A program made the position numbers and the translations under genes. Of a stretch of DNA of 64,000 nucleotides, positions 37,701 through 46,486 are shown one piece after another. Source of the stretch: Thermoplasmata archaeon (GTDB taxonomy: Archaea; Thermoplasmatota; Thermoplasmata; Lutacidiplasmatales; UBA184); contig DASRSW010000051.1 of NCBI GenBank assembly GCA_035656275.1, forward strand, positions 8,068 through 72,067. Reading direction: 5' to 3'. The stretch's first letter is position 1; every line of letters starts with the position of its first letter. Under the pieces are notes generated by a model, which was not told the DNA's origin, ran no database searches, and was given only the letters and a program-made list of their open reading frames with translations.

Positions 37701-38056
37701 ATGACGCACGGGCTGCACCCCGACAGGCGGAGCTTCGCCTGCGCGGGGACCTGGAGGCCCCACCAGCCGGGCTGGAGACTACCGCCGGTGTTGCCGGCGC
37801 CGAAGGTGAACTGCCCGCTCGGGACGCCGCCCGACGCGAGGGTCTGGGTCGTAAAGACCGCATGGGTGGACTGCGAGATCAGGTCGACCGTGACCCCCGC
37901 AGGGACCGGAGCAAACGACACCGGTTGCTCCACCCCTCCAGACAGGGTGTAGGTCGGCGGGGAGTTCGCCCACGCCCCTGGTAGCGCCGCTAGTGCCGAG
38001 AAGACTAGCAGTGCGATCAGGGCCCATGGGGCGACTCGCAGTGCTGGATGACCCAT
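34718..38056 (-). CDS. large N-glycosylated cell-surface (S-layer-like) protein
   Basis: 1112 aa. Signal peptide MGHPALRVAPWALIALLVFSALAALPGAWA. Roughly fifty N-x-S/T sequons by eye. PKD-like segments (LYQWNFGDLSPP...YDGTLTVT and KYDWNLTNPGN...YTVNLTVTDRAGN). C-terminal TM YAAIGAAVVIIIGGAWYIL, then a basic stretch and an acidic tail ending EEDDEDEE. Confidence 0.8.
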   Translation of the reverse strand: MGHPALRVAPWALIALLVFSALAALPGAWANSPPTYTLSGGVEQPVSFAPVPAGVTVDLISQSTHAVFTTQTLASGGVPSGQFTFGAGNTGGSLQPGWWGLQVPAQAKLRLSGCSPCVILPGSQSPTFQYFNSSDLTTSLYPVTIPNVRALPYNGSIFGNATNGASPAVNASVQLLDPQYAGLVIANATTNRTGAFNFTAPSGTWVLKTTLPSSPNKFDYQQAVVAGNRITVNPSISSILVSGHVNQAVGGQHVPNGGNATVIDLSSMGTYTYPVPPLGFYAVGGYPASFTGPGSQDFEVVLSVVGYGTMAFPISVSPSGANVPSPHDVAAPAIAPPAVYSTTLDFSHSFSNLTVNTTAKLGNYSTFPELPNASLGQLWGQLALDFNHSLNFSSSSLGALDAWVQSEGPFFPAVQAGTTLNGVPFGVNSSFGFVPSSTCAGVCGLLSPATLGFNYTAKYNTTSAVSNSLKNYTLSFAFRHPTHSQSINYTVKLPAGYVLSAGQAATAPAGSTLVPAGAGGTWTSFTLVSKPYATASSTATLSIVKYGNITAIVNVTAQNFAFSHGNVLNQTRGNYTVVVGSGENVTFSAANSTFPAGTNGSLYQWNFGDLSPPSSTGQPVTYHTYSTAGAYDGTLTVTSSGGYVSSTTFTVYAGALSPTANIRVNSTLQSANGVNYTIVNASTTLHFNATGSTAPLGSFAPVNGVISIASWNIVSHSFNLPANYTSSAGVSKPAETNLTYTFKGAGYYLNGTTINGVAVAFVGWQYNVSLEVWDGGGHHANASMVVLVRDTQKPLPVFSILDSRGHTVTSSGVVEGANHTAEVQLSATNSTDPNNGSIVKYDWNLTNPGNSTFHTWLNQTASPPGYKLPARPALWLEPQTKPYTVNLTVTDRAGNTAYKVGTITVTVNASTRPVLTVGNLTAPGTMTDGTTYTIWANVTNSLGKNSTALNVSVRFYLLPPSGSGSPITIGGSPASVQFYNYTSNTTVSSAPIATGLTSLKWNHTVRAVITWNPDRQGSYDLWVNATASNEFPGQYVNGANTAKVPVTLNPNPLTQDLEYAAIGAAVVIIIGGAWYILRRRSRGGSAAKSKSSTTGKSGLERGKKEEDDEDEE

Positions 38057-38173
38057 CGTGTTTCACGTCTCCCGATTTGAGATTCCCCTATCGGGGAACT
38101 CGGCCGCGAACCTTGCCCTCCTACTTATAGCTTGCCCGCCGAGGCGGAGCGTCAACGATTGTCCGGCGGTTTC

Positions 38174-40399
38174 CTAGCGGTAAATCGCCTGGACGGACTC
38201 TTCCTTCTTCTTTCCGACGCGCTCTTTCGCGAGCTGCTTTTGGAACTCTTCGTAGAAGCGCAGCGTCTCGGCATCGCAGGACGAGTGCGTGAGCTTGAGC
38301 GCCTCGTCGAAGTGGGTCATCGTCACCTTGGAGGCCTTGAGGTTCTCCCGGATGGCGACGAGGCCGGCCTCGCGGCAGAGCGCGGCCAGGTCGCTGCCGA
38401 CGTACCCTTCCGTGCGCTGAGCGAGCTCGGTCAGGCTCACATCCTCGGCGAGCGGCATCCGCCGGGTGTGGACCTTCAGGATCTCGAGGCGTCCCGCCAC
38501 GTTGGGCGGTTCGACGTAGAGGAGGCGGTCGAAGCGCCCCGTGCGCAGGAGCGCCTCATCGATGATGTCCGGCCGGTTCGTGGCGGCGAGGACCACGACT
38601 CGCTCGAGGGACTCGAGCCCATCGATGGAGGTCAGCAATTGGTTCACGATCCGCTCGGTCACGCCGCTCGACGTCTGGAGGCCCCGCCGCGGGGCGATGG
38701 CGTCCATCTCGTCGATGAAGACGATCGCGGGCGACGCCTGACGGGCCTTCTTGAAGATCACCCGGATCGCCTTTTCGCTCTCGCCAACCCACTTGCTCAT
38801 GATCTCGGGGCCTTTCACCGAGATGAAGTTCGCCTCGCTCTCCGTGGCGGCGGCCTTCGCAAGCATCGTCTTTCCGACTCCCGGGGGCCCGTAGAGGAGG
38901 ATGCCCCGGGGCGGGTCGATCCCCATGTGGCGGTACACCTGGGGGTTGCGGAACGGAAGTTCCACGGATTCCTGGAGCGCCTGCTTCACCCGGTCCAGGC
39001 CGCCCACCTCCTCCCAGCGGGTCGAGGGGATCTCGATCGCGACGTCGCGGAGGCTGGAGGGCTCGATCTGCTTCAGCGCCTCCTTGAAGTCGCGCTCGGT
39101 GACCTTCATCTTTTCGAGAAGGGTCAGCGGAATGGGCTTGTCGAAGTCGATCTCCGGGAGGTAGCGGCGGAGGGCGCGCATCGCCGCCTCGCGTCCGAGC
39201 GCGGAGAGGTCGGCGCCGACGAATCCGTGGGAGAGCGCCGCGAGCTCGCGGAGGAGCTTGTCCCGCTCCTTTTCGCTCCCCTCGATGGGCATCCCGCGCG
39301 TGTGGATCATCAGGATCTCGAGGCGTCCGGCCTGCGTCGGGACCCCGATCTCGATCTCGCGGTCGAACCGTCCCGGGCGCCGGAGCGCGGGGTCGATGGC
39401 CTCCTCCCGGTTCGTCGCGGCGATGACGATGACATTGCCGCGGCCCGAGAGGCCGTCCATCAGCGTCAGGAGCTGAGCGACGACCCGCCGCTCCACCTCG
39501 CCCACGACCTCATCCCGGCGGGGGGCGATCGAATCGAGCTCGTCGATGAAGATGACGCTGGGGGCGTTCTTCTCGGCCTCCTCAAACTTCTCGCGGAGCT
39601 CCTTCTCGCTCTCCCCGTAGTACTTGGAGATGATCTCGGGCCCCTGGATCCCGATGAAGTGCGCGCCCGCCTCGTTCGCCACCGCCTTCGCGATGAGCGT
39701 CTTCCCGGTCCCCGGAGGGCCGTAGAGGAGCACCCCCTTGGGCGGGGAGATGGCCAGCTGGTCGAACAGCTCCGGGTGCTTTAGCGGGAGCTCGATCATC
39801 TCCCGGACCCGGCCGAGCTTTTCCTTGAGCCCCCCGATATCCTCGTAGGAGATCCGAGGGGCGGCGACCTCGGTCTCGGTGACGGTCTCATCCTTGATCG
39901 TGATGAGGGTCGTCGGACCGACCTGCACCGTCCCCTTCGGGCTGGTCGAGACGACCATGAACGGAAGCGAGCCGCCCATGAGGAAGACCCCGGGAATGAC
40001 GAAGACGTCCCCGCGGACGAACGGCCGTCGGGAGAGCGCCTTCGAGACGAACGACTCGAGCCCGGGACCGAGGTCCATCTTGGCGGACCCCGAATAGATG
40101 GGGGCGATGGTGATGGCCTCCGCGATGGGGCAGTCGATCCGTTGGACCATGACCCGGTCACCGATCGATACCCCGGCGTTGCGCCGTACGACGGCTTCGA
40201 CGCGGACGATCCCCTTCCCCTCGTCGTCCTGCTGCGCCCGGTTCACGACGGCGGCGGTGGTCTTTCGGCCACGGATCTCCACGATGTCGCCGACGCCGAC
40301 CTTGAGCCTCTGCCGCGTCCCCACATCGAGGCGGGCCGTCCCGAGGCCGATGTCCTGCTGGAACGCCTCGGCGACCCGGAGCGTGATCGCTTCGCCCAT
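38174..40399 (-). CDS. cdc48: Cdc48/VCP/VAT-type AAA+ ATPase
   Basis: N-domain ([19 protein letters not shown]) followed by two AAA modules with [15 protein letters not shown] and [15 protein letters not shown]. Confidence 0.9.
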   Translation of the reverse strand: MGEAITLRVAEAFQQDIGLGTARLDVGTRQRLKVGVGDIVEIRGRKTTAAVVNRAQQDDEGKGIVRVEAVVRRNAGVSIGDRVMVQRIDCPIAEAITIAPIYSGSAKMDLGPGLESFVSKALSRRPFVRGDVFVIPGVFLMGGSLPFMVVSTSPKGTVQVGPTTLITIKDETVTETEVAAPRISYEDIGGLKEKLGRVREMIELPLKHPELFDQLAISPPKGVLLYGPPGTGKTLIAKAVANEAGAHFIGIQGPEIISKYYGESEKELREKFEEAEKNAPSVIFIDELDSIAPRRDEVVGEVERRVVAQLLTLMDGLSGRGNVIVIAATNREEAIDPALRRPGRFDREIEIGVPTQAGRLEILMIHTRGMPIEGSEKERDKLLRELAALSHGFVGADLSALGREAAMRALRRYLPEIDFDKPIPLTLLEKMKVTERDFKEALKQIEPSSLRDVAIEIPSTRWEEVGGLDRVKQALQESVELPFRNPQVYRHMGIDPPRGILLYGPPGVGKTMLAKAAATESEANFISVKGPEIMSKWVGESEKAIRVIFKKARQASPAIVFIDEMDAIAPRRGLQTSSGVTERIVNQLLTSIDGLESLERVVVLAATNRPDIIDEALLRTGRFDRLLYVEPPNVAGRLEILKVHTRRMPLAEDVSLTELAQRTEGYVGSDLAALCREAGLVAIRENLKASKVTMTHFDEALKLTHSSCDAETLRFYEEFQKQLAKERVGKKKEESVQAIYR

Positions 40400-40425
40400 C
40401 CTCGGAGAAGTTCACCCCCGGTCGC

Positions 40426-40433
40426 GATAAAAG
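40426..40433 (-). promoter_or_regulatory. TATA box for cdc48
   Basis: The minus strand reads CTTTTATC and ends 27 nt before the ATG at 40399. Confidence 0.45.
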
Positions 40434-40458
40434 GATTCGTCTGGAAGAGGGGCAGGCG

Positions 40459-41265
40459 TCAGGCGGAGTCGAGGACCGATTGACCGGGCGCCCGCTGGGC
40501 GGCGGTGAGGTCGAGCGGGGGCAGTCCCAGCACCTCGCGCAGCACCTGGGCCGACCCCGGCCCGAATCCCATGAAGTGGTTGTTAACGAGGGCATAGATC
40601 TCGAGGGCGGAGGCGCCCTCTTCCCGGAAGTGGCGGGCCATGGCCTCCATGTCGCCCCGGCGGTCCCGCTGGATCCGGTCGAACTTCTCGATGGCGCGGT
40701 CCCCGACGAACCGGGCGTAGAGGAAGTCGGCGGTCGCCGTGAAGGGGGGCGTCACTCCCGGGTAGACCGACCAGACGAGGGCGGCACCGTGGGAGGTGAG
40801 AAGGTCGAGCGTCTCCGTGGTCCACCAGGAGCGGTGACGGAGCTCGACCGCAAGCCGATAGCTCCGCGGGACTGCATCGAGGAGCGCGGTCAGCCGCGGC
40901 AGCCCGGGGGTGCGGTGGAACCCCGGCGGAAACTGCGCCACGAGCGGCCCCAGCTTTCCGGCGTCGGCGAGCGGTCCCAGGCTCTCGAGGAACCGGGCGA
41001 GGACCTCGGGCGAATCGGCCGTCGGCTTATGCGTGACCGCCTGCGGAATCTTGAGCGTGAACCGGAAATCGGCGGGCGTTTGGGTCGCCCAGCGTCGGAC
41101 GAGGAAAGGCGTTGGGGGGCGGTAGAAGCTCGAGTCGACCTCGGCGACGTCGAACACTCTCGCATAGCGGCTAAGGTATTCCCCCGCCACGGCGTCGGCG
41201 GCGTAGAACGGCCCCCGCCAGTCATCGTATGACCAGCCCGAACACCCGACCCAGTAGCGGGGCAC
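40459..41265 (-). CDS. DUF72 (UPF0759) family protein
   Basis: Segment YWVGCSGWSYDDWRGPFY...DSSFYRPP...WATQTPADFRFTLKIPQAVTH. I trimmed the track ORF (41547) to the in-frame GTG at 41265, because the extension overlaps the divergent neighbour. Confidence 0.7.
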   Translation of the reverse strand: MPRYWVGCSGWSYDDWRGPFYAADAVAGEYLSRYARVFDVAEVDSSFYRPPTPFLVRRWATQTPADFRFTLKIPQAVTHKPTADSPEVLARFLESLGPLADAGKLGPLVAQFPPGFHRTPGLPRLTALLDAVPRSYRLAVELRHRSWWTTETLDLLTSHGAALVWSVYPGVTPPFTATADFLYARFVGDRAIEKFDRIQRDRRGDMEAMARHFREEGASALEIYALVNNHFMGFGPGSAQVLREVLGLPPLDLTAAQRAPGQSVLDSA

Positions 41266-41374
41266 AGGGGTCCCAGCGGCGTTCCGCGCTTCAGCGTTTC
41301 GACGCTGGCGGGGGCGTTCCGAGACCGGCGGGAAGCGGGTCCGGTCCGACGGAAGAGAGATAATCCCTCCCGGA

Positions 41375-42310
41375 ATGAATCGGGTGATGTCGCACCCGCC
41401 CCCGACGCCGCCCGTGCTTCGGCGGCTATTGGAGGCGGCGGGGTACCGGCTCGAGGACCGGCCGAACGCGGTCCGGGCCGTGCGGAGTCGGGACCACCGC
41501 GCCGTGCTCATCGTGGACGGCCTGCCGTCCCCGGCGGAGATCGACATCGAGTTCCCCGGGGATGCGGTGCATCGGACGATCGTCTACTCCGAGGACCCGG
41601 GATCGGTGGCACGCTCCATCGCTTCCGAACGAGGGGTCGAGGTCCTCGACCCCTCCACGCTGGGCTCCGCGCTAGGGGAGCTCCTGCTGCCCGGCCCCGA
41701 GGCCTCCGCGCGGGGGGAAGAGGACCCCGCGCTCACCGCCCCCCTCGTCCCTCCGCCGCTCCTGTTCCCGGAAGGAGAGCGAACGGTCCGCCCCCGCCTG
41801 GGCCAATCGGACGCGGAGGCCCTCGCCGGGGTCGACGGCTACCGTTCGACCTTGCGGCTCATCCCCTTCTTTGTGGCCGCCTACCGGGTCCGGGTGGCCA
41901 CCGCCCACGGGGGGCGGAGCCCCCCGGCCGACCACTTGGTGGCGATCAACGCCCTCTCCGGGCTCGCAGAGTTCTGGGAACCGGGGGAGCGCGAACTGAG
42001 CGCCGACCTCGAGGAGCCCCACCAGCGCTTGGCGCCGCAACTCACGCCCGAGCAGGCGAGGACGGCGGCCGAGGAGGCCGTGCGGCGTCGGCACACCGTC
42101 AGCGTCGACCACACGGAACAGCACGGCGGCGCGCTGGTCATCGAGCGCCGCCGGATGCCCCCCGGATCCGACGACCTGGCGCTCGCCCCGGCGGTGCTCG
42201 TGCACGTCCCTTTCTGGTACATGGAGGGTCCGGATGGCCGGGTGGTCCTGGACGCGGTCAGCGGGGCCCGGGCGACGGTGGCGGACCCCGACATCGATTC
42301 GATCCGCTAA
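41375..42310 (+). CDS. hypothetical protein
   Basis: 311 aa in the only long frame not antisense to a recognised gene. I could not assign a family. Confidence 0.5.
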   Translation: MNRVMSHPPPTPPVLRRLLEAAGYRLEDRPNAVRAVRSRDHRAVLIVDGLPSPAEIDIEFPGDAVHRTIVYSEDPGSVARSIASERGVEVLDPSTLGSALGELLLPGPEASARGEEDPALTAPLVPPPLLFPEGERTVRPRLGQSDAEALAGVDGYRSTLRLIPFFVAAYRVRVATAHGGRSPPADHLVAINALSGLAEFWEPGERELSADLEEPHQRLAPQLTPEQARTAAEEAVRRRHTVSVDHTEQHGGALVIERRRMPPGSDDLALAPAVLVHVPFWYMEGPDGRVVLDAVSGARATVADPDIDSIR

Positions 42311-42349
42311 GCGACGCAGCGTCAAATAGCGACGGCCAGTTACACGCGC

Positions 42350-42961
42350 GTGCTCCTGCAGCAGTACGAGGTGGGGCCGTACCAGAACTTCACCTACCTC
42401 GTGGCAGAGGCCGAGGGGGGAGAGGGGGTCGTCATCGACCCCTCGTTCGGGATCGACCCGGTGCTCCGGGGGGTCGACGACCTTCGGGTCAAGGTCCGTT
42501 TCGTGCTGAACACGCACAGCCACCCGGACCATGTCGCCGGGAACCGGGAAGTGAAGGAACGGACGGGGGCGAAGGTCGTCGCGCACAAGGTGGCGCCCCT
42601 GAACCAGGATGTATCCGTGGACGCCGGCAGCCGGTTCGACTCGGGTCGGCTGAGGTTCGACGTCCTTCACACCCCCGGGCACACCCCGGATAGCGTGCTC
42701 TACCTCTTCGAGGGCCACGTGGCGACCGGCGACACGCTCTTCGTCGGGGAGTGCGGGCGCACCGACCTCCCCGGCGGGGACCCCGGGCAGATGTACGACA
42801 GCCTCTTCGGGCCGGTGCTGCGGCTCGCCGACGCGACGGTCGTCCTCCCGGGCCACAACTACGGGGCGACCCGCACGTCCACCATTGGAAGGGAGAAGGC
42901 GCAGAACTACGTCCTCCGACCCCGAACGCGGGACGAGTTCATCCGATTCTTGGCGGAGTGA
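42350..42961 (+). CDS. MBL-fold metallo-hydrolase (glyoxalase II-like)
   Basis: Segments LNTHSHPDHVAGN, HTPGHTPDS and LPGHNYG. Confidence 0.8.
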   Translation: MLLQQYEVGPYQNFTYLVAEAEGGEGVVIDPSFGIDPVLRGVDDLRVKVRFVLNTHSHPDHVAGNREVKERTGAKVVAHKVAPLNQDVSVDAGSRFDSGRLRFDVLHTPGHTPDSVLYLFEGHVATGDTLFVGECGRTDLPGGDPGQMYDSLFGPVLRLADATVVLPGHNYGATRTSTIGREKAQNYVLRPRTRDEFIRFLAE

Positions 42962-43506
42962 CAGCGGTGGCCCCCCTCCCATCGACCGACGGACGGACGC
43001 TGCAGTTCGTGGGCGCCCGACGGGCCAGCCCCGGTACGCCAGACCAGGCCGCGATCGTCCGCACGCTGCGCCGTATCGGCGGCGCGGGGGAAGGTCTCGT
43101 CATGCTGTTTGACGCTCGGGCGATCGCCGGGGAAGCGCACCTCCTCTCGGCCTGGGCGCACCTGGGGCGAGCCCGTTCTCGAGGGGAGAACCGCCTGCGG
43201 GACCGGGGGGCCGAGCTTGCGCTGTACGTGGCGGGGGACGACCAGCTCCCACGGGCGCTGGCCAAGGTCGGCGTCGCTGGGGAGACGGAGGCGTTCGTCC
43301 TGGTCGCGGAGAAGCCTCGCTCCCTCCCGGCGCTCCTCGCGGAGTTCGGGCTGGTCGAAGATGCCGCGGCCTTTCCCCGCCCGGTGGACGAACAGACGCT
43401 GGAGCGCCTGGGCATCAGCGCCGCGGAGCGCGCCCTCGTGCCGCGCTCCGAGTGGGAGGGGCTCGTCCTCGAGCGGGTCGCCCTCCTCGAGCTCGGCGGC
43501 GCCTAG
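42958..43506 (+). CDS. cgi121: KEOPS subunit Cgi121
   Basis: Segment LFDARAIAGEAHLLSAWAHLGRA...ELALYVAGDDQLPRALAKVGV with C-terminal LVLERVALLELGG, which parallels archaeal Cgi121 (…VLEKIALIELKKE). The GTG start overlaps the MBL stop (GTGA). Confidence 0.6.
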   Translation: MTAVAPLPSTDGRTLQFVGARRASPGTPDQAAIVRTLRRIGGAGEGLVMLFDARAIAGEAHLLSAWAHLGRARSRGENRLRDRGAELALYVAGDDQLPRALAKVGVAGETEAFVLVAEKPRSLPALLAEFGLVEDAAAFPRPVDEQTLERLGISAAERALVPRSEWEGLVLERVALLELGGA

Positions 43507-43562
43507 CCTCTCGCGACCCCAAAAGCTTAGGACGACGACCCCTTGGTGCGGGCCGGCCGCGT

Positions 43563-43665
43563 GCAGGTGTAATCTAGCGGTAGGATGTCAGCCCTCCAAG
43601 CTGACCACCCGGGTTCGAAGCGCGGGGCGGCCGACCCGCCCGGCGCGGATCTCCCGGCACCTGCA
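43563..43665 (+). tRNA. tRNA-Gly (TCC) with a 32-nt intron in the T-loop (43620..43651, position 59/60) and an unusual C33
   Basis: Acceptor stem GCAGGTG/CACCTGC with discriminator A. D arm ATCT-AGCGGTA-GGAT. Anticodon arm TCAGC-CCTCCAA-GCTGA. T stem CCGGG/CCCGG. Removing 43620-43651 restores the T-loop TTCGAAT. The full hBHBh' motif is readable (see findings). Confidence 0.8.
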
Positions 43666-43727
43666 CTCCCCGGCTCGCCGGGCGCCGCTCCCTAGCCTTT
43701 TCTCCCTGGAGGGGCATCGAGGGGCGC

Positions 43728-43811
43728 GCTGAGGTAGCCTAGCCCGGAAAGGCGCCAGCCTTGAAAGCTGGTGGCGGGAACGCCCCGGGAGTTCAAATCT
43801 CCCCCTCAGCG
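43728..43811 (+). tRNA. tRNA-Ser (TGA), class II, no intron
   Basis: Acceptor stem GCTGAGG/CCTCAGC with discriminator G. D arm GCC-TAGCCCGGAAA-GGC. Anticodon arm CCAGC-CTTGAAA-GCTGG. Long variable arm GGCG-GGAA-CGCC. T arm GGGAG-TTCAAAT-CTCCC. 84 nt. Confidence 0.9.
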
Positions 43812-43830
43812 CTCGGCGCCGCGCCGGCAG

Positions 43831-43838
43831 AGATATAT
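43831..43838 (+). promoter_or_regulatory. TATA box for the mutS operon
   Basis: AGATATAT ends 27 nt before the ATG at 43865, implying a leaderless transcript. Confidence 0.5.
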
Positions 43839-43864
43839 GGCGCGTCCCGGTCGCTTCGCTCCCG

Positions 43865-46486
43865 ATGACCGACGGGAGCCCTCCGACGCCCCTCATGGAA
43901 CAGTACGAGGGCGTCCGCGCCCAGTACCCCGGGCACCTCGTGCTCTTCCGGGTCGGCGACTTCTACGAGACGTTCGGCGAGGATGCGAAGCTCCTCGCCC
44001 GGGAGCTCGAGGTCGTCCTCACCGCGCGCGCCCCCGACCGGGAGGGGGAACGGACGCCGATGGCCGGCGTCCCCCATCATGCGATCGAGACCTACCTGGC
44101 CCGGCTGGTCCAGAAGGGGTACAAGGTAGCGCTCTGCGACCAGGTCGAGGACCCCGCGGTCGCGAAGGGGCTCGTCCGACGCGAGGTCACCCGCGTCGTG
44201 ACGCCGGGGACCGTCGTGGAGGAGAGGATCCTTCCGGGTCCCGACCACAACTTCCTCGCGAGCGCGGTCCTCTCGGCCGGCGGTCCCGGGGCCTTCGCGG
44301 TTGTCGACGTCACCACGGGGGAGTGGTTCGACGGCGCCGCCTCGGCGGCGGGGCCGGAAGCGCTCGCCTCCGACCTCGCGCCGTTCGCCCCTCGCGAGGT
44401 CCTGGTCGAAGGGCCCCCGGCGGTCACTTCGCCGCTGGTAGCGGTCCTCCGACGTGAGTTCCCTTCCGCCCGGATTGAGGTGGCTGAACCGGCGGCCCCG
44501 CTGCCGGAGCCTCCCGAGGCGGTCCGCCCGCGGCTCCCGGTAACCGACGAACAAGGACGGGCCTCCGCCCGTCTCGCCGCGTACGTGCGGGGCACCCAAC
44601 CGCGCCTCGTGCCCTTCCTCGAGCGGCTCGAGCTGGTGGGCGAGCGCGGTCGTCTCCGGCTGGATTCGAAGACGTTGCGTCATCTCGAGATCACGCGCCC
44701 GATGAACCCGGACGACCCCCAGGGGGCCACGCTGCTGTCGACCTGGGATGAGACCGTCACGGCCCCCGGCCGCCGGACGCTTGCCTTCTGGCTTCGAAAC
44801 CCGCTCGCCCACGTGGCGGCGATCACGGAACGACAGGATGCGGTCGAAGCCCTCGTCAAGCGCGGCGCGGAGCTCTTGGGGCTCCGCAGCGAGCTCGGGC
44901 CGGTCGCGGACCTTTCGCGGATCGCCTCGCGCGTCGCGGGCCGGCGCGTGCGCCCGCCGGAGCTCGCCGCGCTCCGGGCGAGCCTGCGCTCGCTGGAGGG
45001 AGCCCGTCAATGGCTCGCCGCCTCCCCCATCGGGGCGCTCCGAGGCACCTACGAACGCCTCACCCCGCTCGACGACCTCCGCCGTAGGCTCGACCAAGCG
45101 CTCCCCGATACGCCGCCCGCAACGGCCGAGGGTCCGGGGCTCTTCCGACCCGGTTTCGCTCCCGAGCTGGATGCGCTCTCCCAGGCCGAGGCCGAGGGCT
45201 TGCGGGAACTCGAGCAGATGGAAAGGGCGGAGCAGGAGGCGACCGGCATTCGCTCCCTCAAAGTGGGGTACAATCAGGTGTTTGGCTACTACCTCGAGGT
45301 CACGCGCCCCCACCTCGCACGTGTCCCGCCGCGGTTTCGACGGAAGCAGACCCTCGCCCAGGCCGAGCGGTACACGACGGAGGAGCTCGGGAGGGTCGAG
45401 GAGGCGATCCTCACCGCTCGCTCGCGCCGGTCCGAGAGTGAATCGGCGGTCTGGGAGCGATTCCTGACCGAGATCGACGCGCAGATCCCCGGACTCCATC
45501 GGCTCTCGCGGGCGGTGGGGGAATTGGATGCCCTTGCCACCCTGGCCCTGCTCGCGCAGGAACGCGGCTACGTCCGCCCGCTCGTCGAGGACAGTGGCGT
45601 GCTCCAGGTCCGCGACGGTCGACACCCCGTGTTCGACCGCACGATGGAAGGGCAGTTCGTGCCGAACGATACCGACCTCGACGCCGACGGCGCTCGGCTG
45701 CTCGTCCTCACGGGCCCCAACATGTCCGGGAAGTCGACCTACATGCGTCAGGTCGGGCTCCTCGTCGTCCTCGCCCAGGTCGGTGCGTTCGTGCCGGCCC
45801 GGTACGCCCGTATCGGCGTTGTCTCGGGACTCTTCACGCGCATGGGGTTCACCGACGAGATCGGCCGGGGAAAGTCGAGCTTCATGGTGGAGATGACGGA
45901 GGTCGCGGAGATCCTGCGGGCTGCCGACGGCCGCTCGCTCGTGCTCCTGGACGAGGTGGGACGGGGCACGAGCACCTTCGACGGTCTCGCGATCGCGTGG
46001 GCGACGCTGCGCCACCTTCATGACTCGGTCCGCTGCCGGACGCTCCTCGCCACCCACTACCATCAGCTGACGGACCTCGTCGAAGGGCTGCCGGGCGCTC
46101 GGAACGCCCACCTGGCGGTCCGAGACCAGGCGGGAGAGGTGGTCTTCCTGCACCGGCTCGTCCAGGGGAGCACCGACCGGAGCTACGGGCTTCATGTCGC
46201 CCGGTTGGCGGGACTCCCGACCGACCTCCTCAAGGAGGCGGAACGACTGCTCAAGCGCCTCGAGGCCCAGGGGGTCGGCCTCCCGCCGTCGCGCTCGAGT
46301 CGGACGGGACCGACGCGTTACACGCAGGGCGTACTGCTGCCCGCGACGGAGCCGACGGTTCCCTCTCCCCTCGAAGCCGCCCTGCGGTCGGTGGACCCGG
46401 AGCGGATGACGCCGATGGAGGCGCTCCGATTCCTGGCCGAGTGGCGACGACGGATCACGGGGACCTCCGGTTTGGAGGGCGCGTGA
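43865..46486 (+). CDS. mutS: DNA mismatch repair protein MutS (bacterial MutS1 type)
   Basis: Segments TPLMEQYEGVRAQYPGHLVLFRVGDFYETFGEDA, Walker A GPNMSGKSTYMRQ, and DEVGRGTSTFDGLAIA. Confidence 0.9.
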   Translation: MTDGSPPTPLMEQYEGVRAQYPGHLVLFRVGDFYETFGEDAKLLARELEVVLTARAPDREGERTPMAGVPHHAIETYLARLVQKGYKVALCDQVEDPAVAKGLVRREVTRVVTPGTVVEERILPGPDHNFLASAVLSAGGPGAFAVVDVTTGEWFDGAASAAGPEALASDLAPFAPREVLVEGPPAVTSPLVAVLRREFPSARIEVAEPAAPLPEPPEAVRPRLPVTDEQGRASARLAAYVRGTQPRLVPFLERLELVGERGRLRLDSKTLRHLEITRPMNPDDPQGATLLSTWDETVTAPGRRTLAFWLRNPLAHVAAITERQDAVEALVKRGAELLGLRSELGPVADLSRIASRVAGRRVRPPELAALRASLRSLEGARQWLAASPIGALRGTYERLTPLDDLRRRLDQALPDTPPATAEGPGLFRPGFAPELDALSQAEAEGLRELEQMERAEQEATGIRSLKVGYNQVFGYYLEVTRPHLARVPPRFRRKQTLAQAERYTTEELGRVEEAILTARSRRSESESAVWERFLTEIDAQIPGLHRLSRAVGELDALATLALLAQERGYVRPLVEDSGVLQVRDGRHPVFDRTMEGQFVPNDTDLDADGARLLVLTGPNMSGKSTYMRQVGLLVVLAQVGAFVPARYARIGVVSGLFTRMGFTDEIGRGKSSFMVEMTEVAEILRAADGRSLVLLDEVGRGTSTFDGLAIAWATLRHLHDSVRCRTLLATHYHQLTDLVEGLPGARNAHLAVRDQAGEVVFLHRLVQGSTDRSYGLHVARLAGLPTDLLKEAERLLKRLEAQGVGLPPSRSSRTGPTRYTQGVLLPATEPTVPSPLEAALRSVDPERMTPMEALRFLAEWRRRITGTSGLEGA

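Noticed and set aside
38132-39784. 550-aa plus-strand ORF
   Set aside because: It is antisense to cdc48.
42751-42957. 5' part of the track ORF 42751..43506
   Set aside because: It overlaps the MBL hydrolase in another frame. Cgi121 homology begins only after the GTG at 42958.
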